Positions 50,080 to 54,877 of a DNA stretch of 54,877 bases are shown here, piece by piece; the stretch's first letter is position 1, and the number at the start of each line of letters is the position of its first letter. The stretch lies in assembly GCA_000320545.1 (NCBI GenBank), contig ADNK01001011.1:1-54877 (forward strand), read 5' to 3'. Source of the stretch: Bigelowiella natans CCMP2755. Its lineage: Eukaryota; Protista; Cercozoa. The notes below the pieces were generated by a model. That model saw only the letters and a list, made by a program, of their open reading frames with translations, searched no databases and was not told the DNA's origin. The translations under genes and the position numbers were made by a program.

Positions 50080-50994
50080 CTGTGATCAGTATTCGCCCCT
50101 GGACGACTTGCATCAAAAGTTCCTAGATTATTGCTGCTGCTGCTGCCGATCATGTACGCATCAACGCGTTAATGAAAGCGTGTTCGCAACATGTAGCCTG
50201 ATGAGTGAATAATTTTCAGCTAGCAGCAACGATGCCCTTGTTGAAGCGAAAGAGGATATGATGCGAGGCACTAGCAACTCCAGTATCCAAAGGTTATATA
50301 TCTGTATTTCATCTTGGAGCATGTACCTCAATAACCAACTTGCGGGGAATGAGAGAAATCCAATCACTGTTTATATCACTGTTTATTTTTATCGCAGCGC
50401 CGATGTTAGTGCCGGCCTAGAGATGGAGAAAGACGTTGGGAGCTGCGGTTGGAACTCCGTTTGGCCTGCAAAATATGAGATTGGTACTGCTATTAATTTT
50501 TCGTCTTGGCAACGAATTTAATCGAAGAATTATAGGGATTTCACTAGTGTTTGGAGCTGTCTACGTGGTATGGAACCTTATCTGCTACGCCTTCAACCAC
50601 CATTATCCGTATCCAGTGCAGGTAGAAACGAACCAATCTCTGGCTTCCGATTTTGTATTTTTTGAACACACACACACAAACATACATGCACACGTTAAGT
50701 ATCATTTTTTTTATGTAGAGAGAGGGAGAGAGAGAGAGAGAGAGAGAGAGAAAGTGATGAAGCTCAATATATTTCGCGAAATGGAAAGCAATGCGCATTT
50801 TGTTTTTGAGCGACAATGATGGTAATACTGAAAGTTGTTGCTGTTTCTTCTTGTGTTAGGCCATGATTCCAATAGCTGCTGCTGTCTTCTTATACCCCCT
50901 TGTACCCATATCGATGGCAGCCTGTCACATACTCGGAAACAAACTGGAGAGTAAAATTCACGCTGGATCACATGATTTCATCAGCGTGGCATAG
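48833..50994 (+). CDS. FAR-17a/AIG1/ADTRP family membrane protein (putative Thr/His lipid hydrolase)
   Basis: Spliced exons give WGWHFVHLTTWG (catalytic Thr motif), HRDRFFGFAFSL, IGYWLVLF, FCEHGVTTLLICTEMFL (catalytic His region) and AVYVVWNLICYAFNHHYPYPVQ. Confidence 0.75.
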
Positions 50995-51611
50995 TTGAAG
51001 CAGAAAATAATTTTGCTTATTAGATATCCCTTCTTTGTAGATAGGCCACGATGGCATTCCTTCATCATAGCATGGCGTATTATATTCTAGGATGCGCACA
51101 CGACTCATCTTCCTTTGGCAGTTGTAATGGTTGATTTAAAACCTTATTAGAGAAATAAAAGGGTTAATAACATAGCATTACATGTAGTGTCATATGATTC
51201 ATACATTGCACAGGTATACATACACGCTGCATTAGGATGATCAGTGGAAAATATAATTTATTCATTACATCCGTCTTATATATACGCTGCGAATGCTTTA
51301 TAATGCATGTGCACAGACTCGCTCAGCCAGGTACGTACGGCACCTGTGCAGATTTTTCAGCCGTCGAGCGCTTATATAAATAGCAAATTGAAGCTAGCAT
51401 TTAACGACGTGCAATTTACTTTTTATATTTTATCATAGACTCGCTATAGCTACAACGAGTATGTATCGGATGAAATGCATGCAGGTTGTACGACGCAACA
51501 TGCACAATACACTGCTAACACGCTCGCGCAACATGCAATACGCTTACTGTTAAGAGCCATGGTGTGAGCATACCAAAGAATGAGATAATTTCCAGTCACA
51601 CATGTTAATGC

Positions 51612-53574
51612 CTAATTGCATGCTTGGGCATGAACAATCATACGATAGTATATGGTGAGGGTGAGCGATATATGTTTACATAAGGACACTCCATAAGCGA
51701 TTATGAATAAGAAATGTGTTATCAATTCATTCTCTTCGCATATCAACGATGCACTGTTCTTCCTCTGTGAAGAATCGAATCCTTGCATAGCCTGAAATGT
51801 CGACAAATCATTATAAATCATCTCAAATGAGATGTGTGTGTGTGTGTGTGTGTGTGCGTGTGTGTGTGTGTGTGTGTGAGTGAGTGTTGTTCTAGTACAA
51901 TCCAGAATCACACATAAAGGCAAAACTAATCGCGGCAGCATTTTAAAACTCATAATCATTTTCGTTGCATTACTTCTTCCTTTGGTTAACTTTTTTGTGA
52001 AGATCTTCTCCATTTCTCGACGGTTGTCGATCGTGACTGTGTGTTGTTTTCCGTCTTCGTCAACAACGTGACTTCCATAGCCATGAATACCAGGTGCCCC
52101 TGTATTAAGGTAAAGAAGTAAGTTGGCGATCCCACAGGCTAAAAGTCGAGTTTAATTAGTGTTTGGCTCAACGCACTCTTTCTGACAAACAAAAATGCAT
52201 GTTGCACTCTCACCAAACACGGCCGTAAAAGCTACGCACGAGATCTTAATGCGGTTGCCCATGCTCTGCAGGCCCTGACGATATATCAACATGCAAATTT
52301 GATGCTAAAACAGTTGAACATTGTGTTGGTGCTGAATTCCTGTCTTACCGTTCTGACGGACTTTTTCCCAGATTTCATATTCTCACGTGTTTTCTTATGG
52401 AACTCCCCGAAGTTGCCGCCACAGTTGGCAAGAGAGGCTCCATTGTGCTAGAAATGTGTCAACAAATCCGTCATTTATTACCTCGTGAAACATGGCGTGC
52501 AGTTCGTTGCTACTTCAGGAAGCTGACATGATTTTACGAATCAAAAGGCACATTGTACCTGGCTTTTGACACGTTTTTCATGCAGCTCCTTAGCTGCTTC
52601 TTCGTCATCACAGTCGCCATTCTTACCTATCAACTTCCGTTTGCTTCCCCTTTTTTGTGTTTTTGAAGGGGGTTTCTTAGTGTCCACTCCCTTCTTCCCC
52701 CTCTTCTTAGTCTTACTCTTCGGTGCGAGTGACTTTTTTAATTTATAGTCCTTTATCCAGGCCTCGAATATCTCCATTGCATCACGCATACCCTTCGTTA
52801 ATTACAACACTCTCAATGTGATACACAACACCCATAATCTATATTATGTATATACCTGCCTTTGTGCACATGTTTGTATAAAACTCTATTTTTCTCCGAC
52901 TACATCTATCATATCCATGCCATGATGACCCCTTCATATGCACAACCTGTGTCTGGTTGGGATGATGCTTTGCTCGGTAAAACATCGTGTTAATAGTCCA
53001 GATTCTCTGTAGCGGTACCATGTTGTCGCAAAAAGTAGATATTATGCCACAGTGTCCGACATATACATTTATGATGATATAAACTATCGTAAACTGGATG
53101 ATGACCCCCCCTTCAAAAGTTACTCTTTCAACAATTTTGTTATTCTCTCTTTCTATTTCTCTCCTCTCAAGGTACAGTCATGACCAAATTCAGTTGTTAC
53201 AACCTTGTTGGGCGGCTTATTCGCTTCTGTGAGCCTACAGAAACCATACAATCAGACAGAAGGTACCAGTATCATACAAATTGGTGTAATTGTATATTCT
53301 TTGTTCCCGGCGACCTGATTGTCCTCAATGCTGTCTCACGATCCTTGAAGCCTTCACACCCAGATATTGGATTAGAGTTTGTCATTCCAGAGAGATGGCA
53401 AGCAATTCATATGCATAAATAAGACATATGCATGAATAGACTATTACCTGTGCCTTTTGTGGTGGTCGCCGGGTTATCATCTGTGTAGAGGTGGAGGTTT
53501 TTCCCAGACTTCTTTTTCTGCCCGTTAGTCGCTTTTACTAATCCTCCTCCTCCATTGGTGCTTTGTGTGGGCAT
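51612..53574 (-). CDS. Hypothetical protein with an 'LYTDDNP-GTGFKD-RAKHHP' domain; multi-exon, 3' end uncertain
   Basis: Spliced N-terminal exons give LHLYTDDNPATTTKGT|GFKDRETALRTI|RLTEANKPPNK|RIWTINTMFYRAKHHPNQTQ|GMRDAMEIFEAWIKDY, followed by a Lys-rich linker. Confidence 0.65.
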
Positions 53575-54331
53575 TTTCGCACAAGGTTGAGATAAGAAAA
53601 GGAAGAAGGGAGGGTGGCACACCAATAATCCAAGCAAGAACAATGCTAGAATGGCAATGACGACTGCTCGCTCACAGGTCTCAACTTCTTTAACTTCCGA
53701 AGATAGCTACAGAATTGAGGAAGAACATATCAGATATAATTACGATATATTGGGTATAATTATTAGTCCAAATATCGATAGACTCCACCCACGGTTCCGA
53801 ACCGATTTCGGATCAAAAGCAGCTTTTGGAAATGATATCAAGAACACTAGGAATATCCTAATAATTCTTACCGCGCTGCCGCTAAGATTCTGTGGCGGAA
53901 GCACGTCGACAGGCACACGTGTCCCACAAAATTTCAGGCAAAACGGGAGGAGCTTAAAACCGATCCACATTTAGGTCCTGCGTCAATAGAAATATTAAGT
54001 CGCATGTCAAAATTAGTGGTACGACGATGATCTTAAGTCTGAATATGATTACATTTTGGACTCATTTCTCCGGAAATGGATATTGTGCGAATGTGCCCGA
54101 TTTCGGGTAAAAATCCCCTGCGTTTTAGGCCTAAATCTGCCTCTTCCAACCTTGCAAAACTCCGTTCCTTCTGGTGGTAATGAATGGGTTCCTGAAGGAG
54201 GAGGAGGAGGATGTGCAATGAGTTTTTCTTCGCTCTCACAGCCATTCAACATGATCGTTTCAATCGATACAAACTCATCATAATTCGCTGCCACCTCATT
54301 CGATTTTGCCCTCAGAGAATAAAGAATTGGG

Positions 54332-54764
54332 ATGAGTTTCGTCTGCAACTCATGCCATTTCGTGGTGAGCTCCACCACCGAACGTGCGGACCACTACCGG
54401 TCCTACTGGCACAGGTTGGACCAACGAATACTAAATTTTCCGCGAGGTAGTATGCCTTCATCTTATAACGAGTCTATTTTTTCAGATACAATGTAAAACG
54501 CGGGTGTGAGGGACTGAAGCCTGTGCCACGTGAGGTGTTCGAAAGGAAGCTCGCAGAGATGAGCAATCGGGCTGACGGTGCAGCTCGTCAGAATTCTTTC
54601 GACTGCAAGATATGCAAGTAAGTTCAACATCCGTACACTACTGACATATTAGAACGTATCACCCCGCGTTTGATCTCTCTTCTTTTACGTCCGGATGTAG
54701 GAAGAGCTTTCGAACGAAGAAGAGCTACGACCATCACATAAATAGCAAGCGGCATCTACAGAAG
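54332..54764 (+). CDS. REI1: REI1/ZNF622 pre-60S biogenesis zinc-finger protein, 5' part (runs off the window)
   Basis: Three in-frame exons give MSFVCNSCHF..ERADHYRSYWHR|YNVKR..LKPVPREVFERK..FDCKIC|KKSFRTKKSYDHHINSKRHLQK. Confidence 0.85.
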
Positions 54765-54811
54765 GTTCATATTTACATGAATGTTATATAAACACACGAA
54801 ATATAATATCG

Positions 54812-54812
<1 letters not shown>

Positions 54813-54877
<65 letters not shown>
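54813..54877. repeat. (TA)n microsatellite at the window end, probably within a REI1 intron
   Basis: Visible directly. Confidence 0.95.

Noticed and set aside
54049-54378. 109-aa minus-strand ORF
   Set aside because: It overlaps the clear plus-strand REI1 first exon and has no recognisable motif.

Overview
Gene-dense, intron-rich eukaryotic nuclear DNA with GT-AG introns, many of them filled with microsatellites. The intron style and signal-peptide+transit-like leaders suggest a protist, possibly a chlorarachniophyte alga, but this is inference. Most short ORFs in the supplied track are microsatellite artefacts or antisense shadows, so genes were rebuilt by manual splicing. About 16 protein genes are supported. 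In order: a Ser/Thr kinase 3' part (+), VAT-1-like MDR oxidoreductase (-), possible F-box protein (+), TMEM135-like protein (-), a large chromatin protein with four unnamed Cys4 repeats, zf-CW and a divergent SET domain (+), an unknown type II membrane protein (-), a DCX/KHA-like+Tudor-like+Senescence protein (+), a ~1710-aa type I surface protein with seven unnamed beta-rich repeats (-), SUGP1-like (+), a dually acylated small protein (+), a G1-peptidase-like secreted protein (-), SCAR/WAVE with two WH2 motifs (+), TSR3 with a signal-peptide-like leader (-), a C2H2-like protein (+), FAR-17a/AIG1-like (+), an unknown 'LYTDDNP' domain protein (-), and the 5' part of REI1/ZNF622 (+). Genes mostly alternate strand. 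Short divergent promoters lie between 5' ends, and distinctive CTAG/TGCA/CATG-rich tracts lie downstream of 3' ends. No rRNA, tRNA, CRISPR array or intact mobile element was recognised. Exon boundaries are hand-derived and approximate.
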